DNA of 64,000 bases from Takakia lepidozioides. Its lineage: Eukaryota; Plantae; Bryophyta. Location of the stretch: positions 47,864,001 to 47,928,000 of the forward strand of contig CM060732.1 of NCBI GenBank assembly GCA_030704615.1, given 5' to 3'. A program made the translations under genes and the position numbers. Position 1 is the first letter of the stretch, and the number at the start of each line of letters is the position of its first letter. The notes below the pieces were generated by a model. The model searched no databases. It saw only the letters and a program-made list of their open reading frames with translations, and was not told where the DNA came from. Of the stretch, positions 24,472-35,331 are shown one piece after another.

Positions 24472-27400
24472 ATGAAGAGAGTGAGGGGAATGGAGGATAT
24501 CAGGGTGAAGAGCACCACGATACTGCAGAAACAAACAATTGCTACACCGCAGGCAGTGCAGCTGCTGAGGGAGTTGCGATTGGAGGGGCTGCTACGCAAG
24601 GACTGGTCCTTGCATCATCGGCAATATATGCTTCAATTTCTTCAGAACTTTGAGCCTAGGTCGGGAGTAACCCAGGTGAGGGGAGTAGATATAGAAATTA
24701 CTCCCCAGTACCTGCAGCAATTGTTCGAATTGCCATCGGGTCATGTGGATGTGGATGAGCACAGGGCAAGATTACAGATAGGGCATCTGTTCCAAGAAGG
24801 GAGTTTCTTTAAGACTCAAGGTTACGCTTGCACCAAAGCCGAGTACCCAGGGCTTAGAGATGTTGGCCAAATACTGAACGTTCTGTTTGCCATGAAACAC
24901 AACCAACAGTATTTGAGTAGGTCATTCACAGAGGAGATACTGAAAGCCTTGCGAGGAGAGGATGTAGCTTGGGCAGAGTTAATGTACAATGGTCTGGTGG
25001 AAGAGATGAAGAGGTTACAGGGCACTGCTGCTAAGTCTCCGATCATCGTGTCTGGCCCAGTCATTGCTCAGATCATTCTTGACTCTTGCATACTTGATGC
25101 GCAAGAACGTAAGGAGATGGGAGTATTTGAGGCAGCAACCACTGCAATGGAGGAGCAGGGTTCTTCACATAGTGAGGGTGGACTGGCAGAGCAACACCAG
25201 TCTAAGACTCAGAAGAGGGGTATGACTGTAGTGGCGGATCCATTGGCTTCAAGAAAGCCGCAAGATGATGTTTCCCAAGCTCTTGTGCAGGATGGGGCAC
25301 AGCAGCACAGAGGGCTGTTATTACTAAAAGACCTTTGGAGAGGGAAGAAGAAGTCACTTCGGTACCACAACCATCACAACCAGTTGAATCGGTTGTCTCT
25401 GAGGTACCTCAGTTAGTACATGCTGTTCCACCAGAGCCTATTGCTCTGGAAAGAGAAGGGTTGGTCATTCCCACTACAGAGCAGGTTGTTGTTAGAGGGC
25501 TGCTTGGGACTTTAACGCTTTTACGGGTTCTGTGGGGTACCCTTAATTTTTACACAGACTGAGACCAACAGGAGCCTTAGGGGTGACAACAGCAGGCTTT
25601 AGGGGGGGGGGGGGGGGGTTTACACAGCCTGACACAGCCCATCACAGCCAGTCACAGCCGCCACAGCCTGTCACAGCCAACACAGCCCAACACAGCCCGT
25701 CACAGCCAGTCACAGCCGCCACAGCCCGACACAGCCCGTCACAGCCCGTCACAGCCCGACACAGCCCATCACAGCAACACAGCCTGACACAGCCCGACAC
25801 AGCCAGTCACAGCCCGATACAGCCTTACACAGCCAGTCACAGCTCGGCACAGCTTGACACAGCCTGTCACAGTACATGGGGAACAGTTATCATTGGCAGG
25901 GAACGACTGTGAGGGAACGACATCTGCAGAAGGAACATGTTACTTCAGGGATGACGGTTAATTAGTTAGGTGGTTAGAACAGCTTGCGGGCAGATAAGGG
26001 GAGCGGCAACGGAAAGAGGGGACACTTCACGGGGAGCGTTTCTTGGTCATGTAGGAGGGGAGATCAGGCGGAGAGCAAGAACGAGAGAAGAAAGAAGGAG
26101 AAAAGATGAACAGTAGATGCTTACTTTCATGCAAAGCTGTAGTGATACTGTAGGGCGGATTAGAGTCACCTTGACATTGGCCTAGTACCTGATAAATCGT
26201 CAACTGATACTTATTCGATACAAGCACACTATGTAGAGAGACATGAGTGAAGCTGTGAAATGAATGCATGATTAACTGGAACTAAGAAGATACTGAAGCA
26301 AACTGATGCTTCAGTATGGGAAGCACAACCATGATTCACTAGTTGCAGGTCATGACTGATTGTACTGAGCAGGCTGAGTACTTAGAGATATCCATCTCTT
26401 CTATCTTGGAGTTTCCACCTCGGATAGCGAAGGGATGGGTGAGTAAAAGCCGTTCGACAGTCGTGGCAGAAATTGAGAAGGGTGACCTTCTCTATGAAAA
26501 CTCTGGCTTGGTCAGGGAATCAGTGGTACCAGAGGTGTAGAGTCTGTCCAGGGAAATCCCTGCTGTGCATGTAATACCCACACCTGTGACGGAGGTACCA
26601 GGGGTATAATATCAAGACACTGCAGCACCTGTGGAGGATGAGGTGGTTCAGGAAGAGGATCTGGTGGGGCAATGGCCTGAATGGTTGGTGAAGCATCACA
26701 CTGTGGAGGATCAGGAAGAGCAGCAACAAGTTCACCATGATGACCCCCAGCAGGCCATGCTTATGAGTTCCATAAGCAGGACACTCAATTTGTTAGGCAC
26801 TTATGTGAAATCCCATGTTCCATTTACCCAATTGGCAGCTTTGAAGGAGGAACTCAGGAAAGAGTTTGAGACTCGAATTGCCATTAAGTGTGCTAACAAG
26901 GTAGATGAGGAGATCAATCTCAAGTTACAGCAAGAGTTGGAGGACACAAAGGCTGCCTTGCAGTTGGCTAAGGGACATTTGATTGAAGCAGGTCTCGAGC
27001 AGGACCAGTTGCATGAAGCACATAAGCAACAGTTATACCAATTGCAGGTGAAGCATGAGGGCAAGTTGCAAGAAGTGAATGTACTACATACAGAGTTGGA
27101 GGCAGTACATCAGAGGATGACCATACAATGTGCTACACTCACAACTACTCTAGAGCAAACTGCATTAGAAGTTAACAGACAAGGGGAGATATGTATGATG
27201 GCAGAAGCTGAGATAATAGAGCAAATGAAACTCATTGTTGATTTGTAGGCTACAATCTGTTGCAATGAGAATACTTTCCAACAGTACAGACAGGTTGAGG
27301 CTAACCATGAGAGGTACATCCTGGAGTTGCAACAAACAGTCATGGTCAATAGAAATGAACTCTCTGTGGCTAACAAGGCTTGGAAGGAAGCCAATAATCT

Positions 27401-29000
27401 GGCTGCTGCCTATGCGGGCCTGGTTGAACCTCATGCGAAGCGCATGGAGGCTTTACAGCAGCAGTTAGATGTGTACAGACTCACGGAGGAGCAGACTCTC
27501 AGGGGTGCCACACAGGACTTGTCGGATAACCACCTTATGCAGGTCTGGTTAGCACAAGGGTCGGTAGAAGGCAAAGCACCAAGGAAGCTCATCCAGGGCG
27601 AGATGAATGAGCTCAGATTGCATGTGCAGAACATTGCCACAACTACTATAGACAATGTCTATAATAGGATAGCAGAGCTACAGGAGGAGGTGGAAGGCCT
27701 GCAGACTCAAGTGGATGACCTGAGTTCAAATATTGACAAGAGAGTCTTTGTTCCTGAGGAGCAGCTGGTGGCTACTTATTTACATGCCAGGACTCTAATT
27801 TTTCAATCTACTTCGCAGGGGGTGCAGGAGATGTCAGTGGTAGAAGGGCCAGTGGTACCAATACCACAACAGGTGTCTGTACAGGTAGTTGACCCTATTG
27901 CTACTACAGCCAAACCACAGCCTGAGGTATGGGGGGATGCTGCTTTTAACCCAACTAGGACTTCTACTGCACGGGAGTACAATCGGGCTATGATTATGCC
28001 CTTCAACCAAATTCCCATTGTGCTGGATTTGGCTTGGAAGGAATTTAGTCCTCTGCAGTCGTTGGCACATTACTACCAAATCATGCGCATTTGGTTGCCA
28101 GTGGCAACTCGGACTAAGGTTCTTCCGAACAATCGATCCATTGAGGATCATCACTTTGCAAGGTACAAGTCTGAGGCAGGTACCATGCTGAAGGAATTAA
28201 TTGTCTTCCAGGTTGTACATGGGTACATCTATACCAAGACCAAGGAGGTATCTAGTATTGTCATGGGCTGTGGATTATACTATGCTGCTTGTTTTATGGC
28301 ACGTTATCACATTGAGCAGCAGAAGATGCAATCACGGTTTCTGAGTTATTCAAGTGGGGATCATTGGGTCTTACCTTCAGTGCCACCTCATATGTACCTA
28401 TATGATGCAAAATTTATGATGCAGAAGGATTCCCAACTTCGTTCATGGTTTAATTCGGCTTGGAACAATTTGGCAACACATAAATTCGGCCCTGAGGATA
28501 TTTTCTTTAAGGGACATGAAGCCTGGAAATACTTACACTATTCCAAAGTCATTGGCACACCTCTCACCTATACGGCTAAGGAATTCAGGGCGTTCACTAA
28601 TTTTGCTTGCAAACGCTTACAACAAGTTGTACAGTTTAAACTTCCAGACATGGTGGGCCTACATTGTATGCCACGCAGGATTCCCGAGAAACCACTTAAA
28701 GTTCGGCCGTTAAAACACCTAAGGGGGGACGAGGATTCTGATACTACTGTTTCTTCAGAGGACTCTTTTGACATGGCAGAGGACTATGCACTTCAGATGG
28801 CAGAGAAGAAACGATGGGGATCTCCTATGCCTGAGAGGTTACCTTGTTATCAGCCAAAGGAGGGTCAAACATTTCCAGGTAGTGCTCAATCATCTCCATC
28901 AGCCAGTGACAGGACTCGGGCTCGCACACGGAGTCCTTCACAAGACTCTCACCGACAGAAGGGTGCTCGCTCACAAAGGTTTGCTGATCCCAAACAGTAA
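24472..29000 (+). pseudogene. Large sense extra ORF of family 1 (roughly 1,180 codons excluding the solo LTR): plant-transposon-protein-like N-terminus, coiled coil, unknown C-terminal domain
   Basis: ORF segments 24472-25489, 26465-27248 and 27327-29000. N-terminal QFLQNF..VRGVDIEIT..LFELP and VAWAELMY..LVEEM resemble Athila-ORF1/Transposase_32-type domains; a long heptad region follows. Confidence 0.7.
25490..26459 (+). mobile_element. Solo LTR of a family-1 relative inserted in the extra ORF
   Basis: TGTTAGAGGG...GTTCGACA flanked by GTTGT/GTCGT (5-bp TSD, one mismatch). Confidence 0.9.
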
Positions 29001-29021
29001 ACCGTGAGGACACGGCTTTTT

Positions 29022-29035
29022 GAGAGAGGGAGGGG
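29022..29035 (+). other. Polypurine tract
   Basis: GAGAGAGGGAGGGG 3 nt before the 3' LTR. Confidence 0.85.
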
Positions 29036-29038
29036 TAA

Positions 29039-30017
29039 CGTTAAAGGGCTACTTGGGACTTAGACGCTTTTACGGGTTCTGTGGGGTACCCTTAATTTTT
29101 GCGCAGACTGAGACCAACAGGAGCCTTAGGGGTGGCAGGCGCAGGCTTTAGACAGCTCGTCACAAGTCTATCACAACCAGACACAGCTTTACACAGCCTG
29201 ACATAGCTTCGCACAGCCAGTCACAGCCCGACACAGCTTTACACAGCCCGTCACAGTCTATCACAGCCAGACACAGTCTGACACAGCCCGACACAGCTTC
29301 GCACAGCCAATCACAGCCCGGCACAGCTTCACACAGCCAGTCACAGCCCGACACAGCTTTACACAGCCAGTCACAGCTCGGCACAACTTGACACAGCCTG
29401 TCACGGTACATGGGGAACAGTTATCATTGACAGGGAACGACATCTGCAGAGGGAACGTGTTACTTCAGGGGTGACGGTTAGTTAGTTAGGTGGTTAGAAC
29501 AGCTTGCGGGTAGATTAGGCAGAGTGGCAACAGGAAGGGGATCACTTCTTGAGGAGGGCGATTTGTTCAGGGGAGGAGGAGACGTAACGGAGAGCGGAAA
29601 CAGTGAAGAAGAGATGATGACTTGATTGAGGCTTAATTCATGCAAGCTGTAAAATTATACAGTAGGTAGATTAGAGACACCATGGCATAGGCATGATACA
29701 TGATTAATCTTAATCCGATATTGAATCGATACAAACATACTGTGTAGAGAGACACGAGAGAAGCTGTGGAATGAATGCATGATTAATTGGAACTTAGTAG
29801 ATACTGAAGCAATCTGATGCTTCAGTATACACGGTAAGGTAAATTGATAACATGAAGGCAAGAAGGAATACAAATAGGAAGCACAACCATGATTCACTAG
29901 CTGCAGGTCATGACTGATTGTTCTGAGCGGGCTGTGTGCTTAGAGATATCCACCTCTTCTATCTTGGAGTTTCCACCTCGGATAGCAAAGGGATGGGTGA
30001 GTAAAAGCCGCTCGATA
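29039..30017 (+). repeat. 3' LTR, family 1
   Basis: Homologous to 17190-18123; termini mutated to CG...TA; followed by TSD GCATT. Confidence 0.9.
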
Positions 30018-30614
30018 GCATTGCCCAACCGATTCAGCTCCGCATCTTGGTCCATTAATCTGCTGCACATTGTGAAGTTTTCTGCCCGTTCACCACAAGT
30101 TGAAGAAGGAGTATTCTTAAAACACGGGTACTCATAATCTGAAAATGGCTCCAGCTTATGTTGCTTGAGTGCGAATATGAGTGTGGTTGGCTTGGCAGCT
30201 TTACATCTGGTCCATCCCACTCGATATGATGAGCAGGTTCAGCTTGACTTCTCTCACACAAAAGATGTTGCCAAGATGGGGTTTGCTGCCCTAGATGACT
30301 TCCCGTCGTTGTTCTGGGCTGCAACATACAATTAATCTGGCCCATGGCGAGGGGCCTTGCCTTCCACCAATCATCTGTAAGTCCTGTGAAACTGTTTTTG
30401 TGGCAGTTTATAAGCAGTGGGCAGCGATGGTGGGCTATTGTAGGATTTGATGAACTCAATGCCGTGTACTGACAGCAACCCCTCATCTCTTATGCAAGCA
30501 TTCAACAAGCCAAGTTGACTGCAGAGCATATTCAGCCCCCCACGTTTCTAGTTGCCTAATGTTCTTCATCTCCTGGGCAGAGCATTTTCCAGGGTCTCCA
30601 TCTGTGATGACACA

Positions 30615-31986
30615 CTATCTTCTCATGTGGTTCAGCTTCTGGTCTTGCTCTTGTTTGCACCACCCCAATGAAGGGCAGTTCCCACCTGCTTGATTCTCTC
30701 CATATGGTTGTCTTGGCAAGGTTTCCCACAACCGCCTTTCCTTTTCAGACTGCCAGTCATCAGCCTCGTTCTCCAATGCTTCACTTTCTTCCCAAGTGAA
30801 GTGCTCTCCTCTTTTATGCTTCAACGTCCCTGCAGGTGTCTTTTCCTTCATCTCCCGTGGTGCTTTCAAATGAATGAGCACTGATTTGCATCTATTGGCA
30901 ACACTTACGGTGTCCCTTTCCTCGCATGCCACTGCAAGCCCATCATTGACTTTCTTGGCAGGGAAGTCTCCTCCTTCTCCCTCATTTTCTGGCTCTGTTG
31001 GTGCCCCCACTCACCATGCTATCAGGGCTGCATTTATTTTGTGGTGTTGCGCCAGCCAAGGGCGATCTTTCACTGGTCCGATTGTTGGCAGCAGCTGATT
31101 GGAGTCTTCTTGGTAGAGTCTCCCACGAGCTCCCATCAGTTTCAGGCATCAGGTTTTCTACCCTGCCCTTCCACTTTTCATAAGTGAGGTGCCTGTCTTC
31201 CTCCCTTTCACTCTTCAGCCTCTCAGACAGATTTTTCTTCATGCAATTGCTGCTCCCATACTTCCAGTCCTTGTTTAATTTTCTCCAACCATCACCCTCA
31301 GATTTGACAAGGTATTGCTGCCCTTCCTTGTGTCTTTCCTCACTCCCAGCTGCTGGTTTTATCCCAGATTCACCTCTCATCCTTGCCTGGGGTTTTGCTT
31401 GCCAAACAGCCCTTGTGTGGGGAACTTGAACGAAAGGCAACATCTCATTCTCAGCTCCTGTCTTTGTACCTCTTTGCAGCAGTCCAGCCTCGGGTGCCTC
31501 ACTTTCTGATTGCTGGGTTGCATTCTTCGACCGCCAACCTTTGACAGGAAAGTGTGCTCCATCTTCCTCATCTTCTACTGGTTCCCTTGATGCTTCACCT
31601 CGTATGTCTTCCTCCTCATGTTTTAGCAGCAGCTCCCATGCCTGAATTGCTACTTTTCCTCGTAGTTGATCTTGTGCTTTCCTTTTTTTCCGGAGCTTAA
31701 TCAACTGTTTTGTCTTGGCAGCTCCCTTGCCATGAGTGCCTTGTCTCACTACATCTCCCTTGGCTGCCCACCATCCGTGGAGTCTTTCTTGCACTATTCT
31801 AACCCTCGTTGGCATGCACTTTGCTGCGATGCCCCACATGTATTTGCTGCTCCCTTTAATCATCAACATAGTGCTCCAGAGCCAGTTCCTCATTGTTGAC
31901 CAGTTGACCTTCTCAGCCCTTGGACCCCATTTTCCCTTCTCCCATGTTGCCTCGTCTTTCTGCTTCATCATTTGCTTTACTTGCAC
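30615..31986 (-). other. Unassigned K/E/W-rich ORF remnants, probably an older retroelement interior
   Basis: 334-aa and 131-aa ORFs with an internal duplication (WETLPR twice); followed on the + strand by a PPT-like run (32098-32107) and a short LTR-like segment (~32110-32338). Confidence 0.3.
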
Positions 31987-32362
31987 GATGTTGCTTCTTC
32001 CCTACAGCTCATCATGTGTTGTGGCTCTTTCCCATGTTGCACTCACTCCCATCACACGTTGTGCAGTTGATAAGACTGAGATGAGTTGATGCAGGATAGG
32101 GGGAGGGCTTGCTGATATATGTTGTCCGATAGGCCCCACGCACAGAGTCAAAGCTGGAAGTCAGCCTTGCAAGGACCCAAGAGAGAGAAGTCTGGTGGGG
32201 GTAGCATCTTGGGGGATGGCAGTTAGGGCAATGTGTGTCTAGGGCAATATATCATAGCAGCAGGTGATGTGCTGCCAATTTTGAGAATAAAGACAGCCTG
32301 TAAGCTGTAGATTTGTATCAGTGGTTTCTTCTGACACATATTGCTCCCAGTTTGCCATAACC

Positions 32363-33725
32363 AATTTTGTTTGCGTTTGTAGTGCATGTGCGAGCTTGCT
32401 GGGGAAGGGCAAAGAGGTCCATGGTTGCATCGTCAAAGCTAGAATTGTGGCAGATGTCATTCGGAACAATACCCTTGTGGACAGGGAGTGTTCAACAATA
32501 TGGCTGAGCAAAGGATAGAGTGTAATGACTGCTAATGAAGGCACCTTCTTCAATTTCACCTTGTTTTCCCCTCTTATCAGAATTGCCCCTAATTATTCAT
32601 GTATGAATTCTACAAGTTAGCTGGTTGAGTGAAGCTTTGATAGTTTGGAGTGACTTTGACATGATTCTGCCAATGTGACAACAGGAAAGTATCAGAAACA
32701 GGTAACACAGACGAGGAGAAGTTGTGGAATGAATACTTTTCTGACTCCAGTCAATGGTGGGACAATCGAGGCAAGAAGGTGAATGTTTGTTGGATTATAG
32801 AGAGTAGCAGATGCAATTGAGCGTAGGAACTAGTGTGATAAGTTGAGTTGGGTGCTTCCTAGAACAAGTCTAGGTTGTCATCATCAACTGCTAGCAACAA
32901 GGCAAGGTTGAATGCATGATTCGTGCGAGGCATGGATAGCTGAAGGAGCAAGGATAGAATGTGGGTGCAGATTCACCCAAGAGGGCCGGACTTCAAGCTC
33001 CAGATTAACTATGAAGCTACAAGAAACCTACATGGGTAGATGGTTAACTAGCAGCAATGGCACAATTGATAAAATCAGACATTGTTAATGAAGGCATCTT
33101 CTTCAGCACATTTCACCCTATTTTTCCCTCTTATCAGAATCGGCCCAAAATTTCCATGTTGAATTCTGCAAGTTAGCTGGTTGAGTGAATCTAGTTTGGA
33201 GTGACTTTGACATGATACTGCTATGTGACAACAGGAAAGTATCAAAAAACAAGTAACAAACATGAGGAGAAGCTGTGGAATGAATACTTTTCTGCCCCCA
33301 GTCAATGATGGGACAACCGAGGCAAAAAGGTGAATGCCTGCTACATTTCAGAGAGTAGCAGACGCAATTGAGCATAGGAACTAGTGTGATAAGCTGAGTT
33401 GGGTGTTTCCTAGAACAAATGTAGGTTGTCATTGTCAGCTACTAGCAGCAAGGCAAGGATGAATGCATGATTTGTGCAGGGGCATGGATAGCTGAAGGAG
33501 CAGGGATACAGTGTGGTCCAGATTCATCCTAGAGGGCCAAATTTCAAGCACAAGATTACCTATGATTCCCTGTGGATCAATAACTACAAGAAACCTCCAT
33601 GGGTAGATGGTCTATAATGTGGAACTCACTGAAGTCTTGCATTATGAGGATCAGAACTGCTTGGCAGCTTACTTGTACGAGGCCTTGACCCTTAGCAATC
33701 CCCAGAGCAGCAGTAGCTTTTGGGC
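32363..33725 (+). pseudogene. PLS-PPR fragment followed by two tandem copies of an intron-split OSB-type PDF motif
   Basis: FVCVCSACASL..GKEVHGCIVKA..DVIRNNTLVD, then EEKLWNEYFSDSSQWWDNRGKK|GT-intron-AG|IHPRGP(D/N)FK(H)K..SLWI..KKP.WV twice (~550-bp unit). Confidence 0.7.
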
Positions 33726-33908
33726 TGCTTTTTTACTTTGTGTTTTTCATTTTGTCCCATAAGCTCTTTGAGCTTTTTGCAGATGTAATAAAGTACCATT
33801 TTGTTTCATTTCATTCATTTTCATTTCATTTTGTTTCATGGCATGTCTTTCATCGTTTGTGCATTTCTAATGCATGATTAGTTCTTTGTATGGCATTACT
33901 AGTCGACT

Positions 33909-34482
33909 CACTACAAACACCAAAACTCCAAAGCATGAATCACTATGAATGATTGTTCAAGTAATTTCGAGCACTTCATGTAAAGTAGTAAAGCAGTGGT
34001 TGCGCCAACTTCCGCAGTCGCAATTGCCATTGGGCATGTAATACTGCAAGTTATGTGGTCTACTACCACGTGGCGCCTCGGGCCCATGACCACGAGGCAG
34101 CAGTGCTGCTCGTCGTGGCGCCGCCACGTCGGCGTCCACATCGTCGTCCACGTCCGTGTCCACGTCCGCGTCCATGTGTCACTGCGCTTCGGTGAGTCGG
34201 TCCACTCATCCGAAGGGAAAAGTCAAAGTCAGCCCAAAAGGTCAGACACACGGGCGGCCCGCCTGGTTACGCCACGTGGTTCTTCAGCATTAATCGCATT
34301 AATCGCTGAGCAGTTGTTCGCGCGTCTGCGTCCTTTACCACTCCAATCATTGGATGTTCAACCCAACTACCACGTTTGTTGTAACTAGTCGTTTGTAACT
34401 TCCAGTCGATCCCAATTTTTTGACTTTTACGACTCAAAATGAATTGTTACCCCAGTGGTAAATGACACGAATGCTTCTAGTG
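33909..34482. mobile_element. Possible non-autonomous CACTA element
   Basis: Begins CACTACAAAC, ends CTTCTAGTG; flanks ACT/AAT; right end resembles the CACTA end at 54449 (tgtcattt..act.gggtaa). Confidence 0.4.
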
Positions 34483-34783
34483 AATGTTGGATGCTACAAT
34501 TGTAGGCCTCATGGTAGTGTTGATTGTATTCAGCCAAGGATTCCCTGCATTAATCCCACGGTCATAGGACCATCCTCGGTTATAGGCGGCGCATGTTCAT
34601 GCCGACGTGGCAGATGACGGCGCAGTGCCACATCAGCATTTGTCGTCATATCAGCTTGCTGACATCACGCTCACGCCACATCAGCGTGGGTGCACGCTCA
34701 CGCCACGTCAGCTGTCGTGAGTGTACACTCATGCCACATCACTCTTGCGTGAGCGTACGCTCACGCCATTGCGTCGTTGTGTT

Positions 34784-34928
34784 GTGGTTCCACGAGGGGT
34801 GGTGGTAGCTTAGTGGGTCTCAATGGGGGTGGCATAGGACTCACCATGGGGCGGAAACCTTGTGGTGGGAGTCGTGGGAGTCTTGGGACTCATCATGGCC
34901 CAATGGGGCCGTGGTGGGTGGGCCAAGA
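34784..34928 (+). repeat. Inverted LTR fragment of retro-family 2
   Basis: Matches 53832-53976 directly and 38285-38430 as reverse complement. Confidence 0.85.
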
Positions 34929-35331
34929 TGTCGTGTCGCGCACCTCACTTCGGTAAGCTCCCCTTCAAGTTATAGTTACTCGCTTTGATGCGCGCGCCTA
35001 ACTCCCAAACTGGCTGCTGGGCCAACTCGGAGCTTCGGCTGTTCACCGGGACACAACGGTCCCCCTTTACTCCTCCACGAGACCCTCTCTCAATTTGGGC
35101 CAAGTGGAAATTCCCTTTGGTCGATGGCAGTCCGGAACAGCTCCCCACACCTTAGTCGCTTTCCGGCTCGCACGCTTACTCACTAGTTTTTGGTTACCAA
35201 CGGGCTTGCACTGTTCTCGGGGTTACTACTCCCTATATATACTTCTGTGACTATCCGCGGGGGGTTTCACAAACAACCCTGCCATTTTATGGCGAAGAAC
35301 CACGAAAACCCTCGACTCCCGGTAATGAGTC

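Larger units (their letters stand above)
17190..30017 (+). mobile_element. Ty3/gypsy LTR retrotransposon, non-chromovirus (Tat/Athila/Phygy-like), defective, with 3' extra ORF
   Basis: Paired LTRs 17190-18123 and 29039-30017, identical 5-bp TSD GCATT (17185-17189, 30018-30022), PBS, PPT, gag-PR-RT order. Confidence 0.93.

Noticed and set aside
24028-29000. Envelope (env) gene
   Set aside because: No clear signal peptide, fusion peptide or C-terminal TM anchor visible.
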